From Octopus vulgaris (Eukaryota), in contig OX597814.1 of NCBI GenBank assembly GCA_951406725.2, positions 75,392,001 through 75,456,000 of the forward strand: a stretch of DNA of 64,000 nucleotides, in the 5' to 3' direction. Positions 61,635 through 64,000 of the stretch are shown piece after piece; position 1 is the first letter of the stretch; each line of letters starts with the position of its first letter. Below the pieces are notes generated by a model. It did no database searches and was not told the origin of the DNA. It worked only from the letters and a program-made list of their open reading frames with translations. Both the position numbers and the translations under genes were made by a program.

Positions 61635-63867
61635 CCAAAGGAAAATAGAAATTCTAATGCAGTAAATGTTACAGAATCACTGGATCATTTAGGCTGCTTG
61701 TGAGCTTCAAACACGTGTATGAATGTCTTTCAAGATGTACAGCATTCATATTGTTGGTACTTCTGCATCATCAAGTATGTTACTAAGGTTTCTGAAAACC
61801 TGCCACCATTTTTTAGTGAGTATGATTAGTTATGGAGAGAGAACTAAAAGTTCAATCCCTAGAGTAGACAGTCTTCAAAGGCATTGTATTCATAACAGAA
61901 CTGAAGTGCTCTTCAACTGTAGGAAACTCCACTACTACAGTCCATCACAGTCCACATCTTGATATCACTCAGTGCACGAGTAGTGATGAAAGAGTCATCA
62001 GGGGGATTTGAATCCCTAGGCAGAATTTAAACTCAGAACTCTTAACAGCCAGAACAGATACTATGAAACATCTCATCTAACCCTAACAATTCTGCCAGTT
62101 TACTACTCTGGTTGGTCCATTATTTATCATCTCTGAAAGAATGTAAAGCAAAATTGACTTTGGCAGAATTTGAACTCTGAACAGAGAGAACTGAAATACT
62201 GTAATGCACTCTATCTAATTCTCTTATGACTGCCAATCCATTGTCATACAACATTCACATATAAGTCCATTGATATACATTACTTCTGTAATTAAATGAA
62301 ATACTAATAAAGGAACTTCAGTGCAGTTGCTCAAAAGACTAGCAATAGTAGCCAAATTCCCTCAAATCCCACCTTACTATATTGAAACAGGAAAGATATA
62401 TTGGACAATATAAAAAAAGATGGGATGGTGAAGACTGGAATCTTTTTAATAACAGGTTTGCTCAGTCAGAGTTCACCTGTAGCTAAACAGCAACTCTTAA
62501 ATTACAAAAATATACAAAATAACAATAAACATAAGATATACAACTACAAATATTTTATAATCATTATCTTCTTTTGAATAAATAACAAAATAAAGATATT
62601 CTATTCAGTTTCAGATTTGCATCGATGCATATAGAAGAAAATACTCCATGTAGAAGAATCTTTGTGGAAATTCTATTGTTTAAAAGAATTTTTACACTTT
62701 TTCTTGACTATTTAACTTGGTTTTTGTCAAATTAGTTTCCGTTCAAAAGTAAGGATAATGAAGCAACACTTTAAAAGAAATTTGCTACTTTGTTTTTCCA
62801 GTGAAAATCATTTGTTAAAAAATAAAGATTAGCCTAATTATGGAAATTCAAAACCACAAACACTGTCTCTCTTGCAGTGTTACTGCAAAGGTTAATCGTT
62901 AATAAAAGAACATTTGAAACGCATATCAAAATAAGGGATATCTAATCCTTTGTTCAAAACAAATTTTTCCATGCTGCAATAACTGAAGTCTACAAAGTTG
63001 TAGCATTTTCTATTTATTTGTGTATAAGACAAGACACCTTTACAGCTTTACAAAAGAAGAGAGAAAGCAACTGATGTTTCATGTCTTTGGAGTTTATTAG
63101 TGATCAAATAGAGTAGGGCCATTTCATAGTGACTTTTCTATAATTTATTAGAAGAATGATGGATATGATTGAAACTTAAGCAATTACACAAGAGATGCAA
63201 CAAATGGAAAGAAACAGGTTAAATATGATTCATTGGAAATACAATGTTAACTTGTAAGTAAATGTAGAATGTACCAGGGTGAGACAAATAAATCAGTTAA
63301 TGTGTCCAGGACAAAAGATTGCAATAATATGGGTGTGTAATGTCAACAGATGACACATGTTTGATAGAAAAATGTATTGACTTAATAATAAAGTGTAAGA
63401 GACAGGTAGATCAAAGAAGACTTGGTAATTTCATACTAAGAAGTAGTTGTAGATGATGTAAATTTCAAGCAATTTTAGTGCTCTCTATTTTACTACAGTA
63501 GTAATAGTGCAGATTGCTGAATTGATAGTGTACAAATAAATGAATAAATAAATAAACTACCCAAGATATCGATAATTCCTCTATCACCAATGTTTCTATG
63601 ACCAAGATATTAACAGTCAATGGGATCAATTCACTTTGATTGTAAATAGATTCTACATGGTAGAAACATTTCTCAGTTGCAATGTTAAATAGATGGCCAT
63701 TTTGCAAGTTGATAGTGCTAAGTTCAATTTCTTGTGTAGATACAGTTTAAAAAAAGATTCATTGCACAAGCTGACTTGCCTGAGATCAGTGGTTCTCAAA
63801 TAGTGGATTGCAGATTAGAAAATATAATTCAAGATCTTAGAAAATCCAAACTAATATTTCAGCTTAG

Positions 63868-64000
63868 TCCTTTAGTGTTCAAACTGACCAAAACCAGCCA
63901 AAATTAATTCCACTTTTATTTGTTCAAACTGGCTAGGTCCGGTCATATCCGACTGCTCTACAGAATTGCTAGAAAAATAAACAAATCACGTTATTGAATT
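63868..64000 (+). mobile_element. Terminus of another piggyBac-type element, running off the window
   Basis: Reverse complement of 44345-44462 (cctttagtgttca...aatcacgttattgaatt), preceded by TTAG at 63864-63867. Confidence 0.8.

Overview
AT-rich eukaryotic non-coding DNA in which I recognised no host protein-coding exon. The repeat families look like those of coleoid cephalopods (Octopus-like; inference). It contains RTE-clade LINEs of at least two young subfamilies. One has a 941-codon uninterrupted EN-RT ORF with an embedded PHD-like C4HC3 finger, and the four young copies all carry a variable tandem array in the 3' UTR and a (GAT)n tail. It also contains many tRNA-derived SINEs, a TA-flanked mariner relic, a piggyBac-type element with related MITEs, and Tc1/maT, Hero-like and Penelope-like relics. 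The most notable structure is a set of five fold-back inverted repeats (arms about 77-450 bp) sitting in or against (TA)n/(CA)n microsatellites. Two of them carry mirror-image hammerhead-ribozyme motifs. The one at 34383-34469 is a complete type I fold with a palindromic stem III and an unusually long stem II. This points to microsatellite-targeting Penelope-like retroelements producing dsRNA-forming, potentially self-cleaving loci. All family calls come from motif recognition by eye, with no database search.
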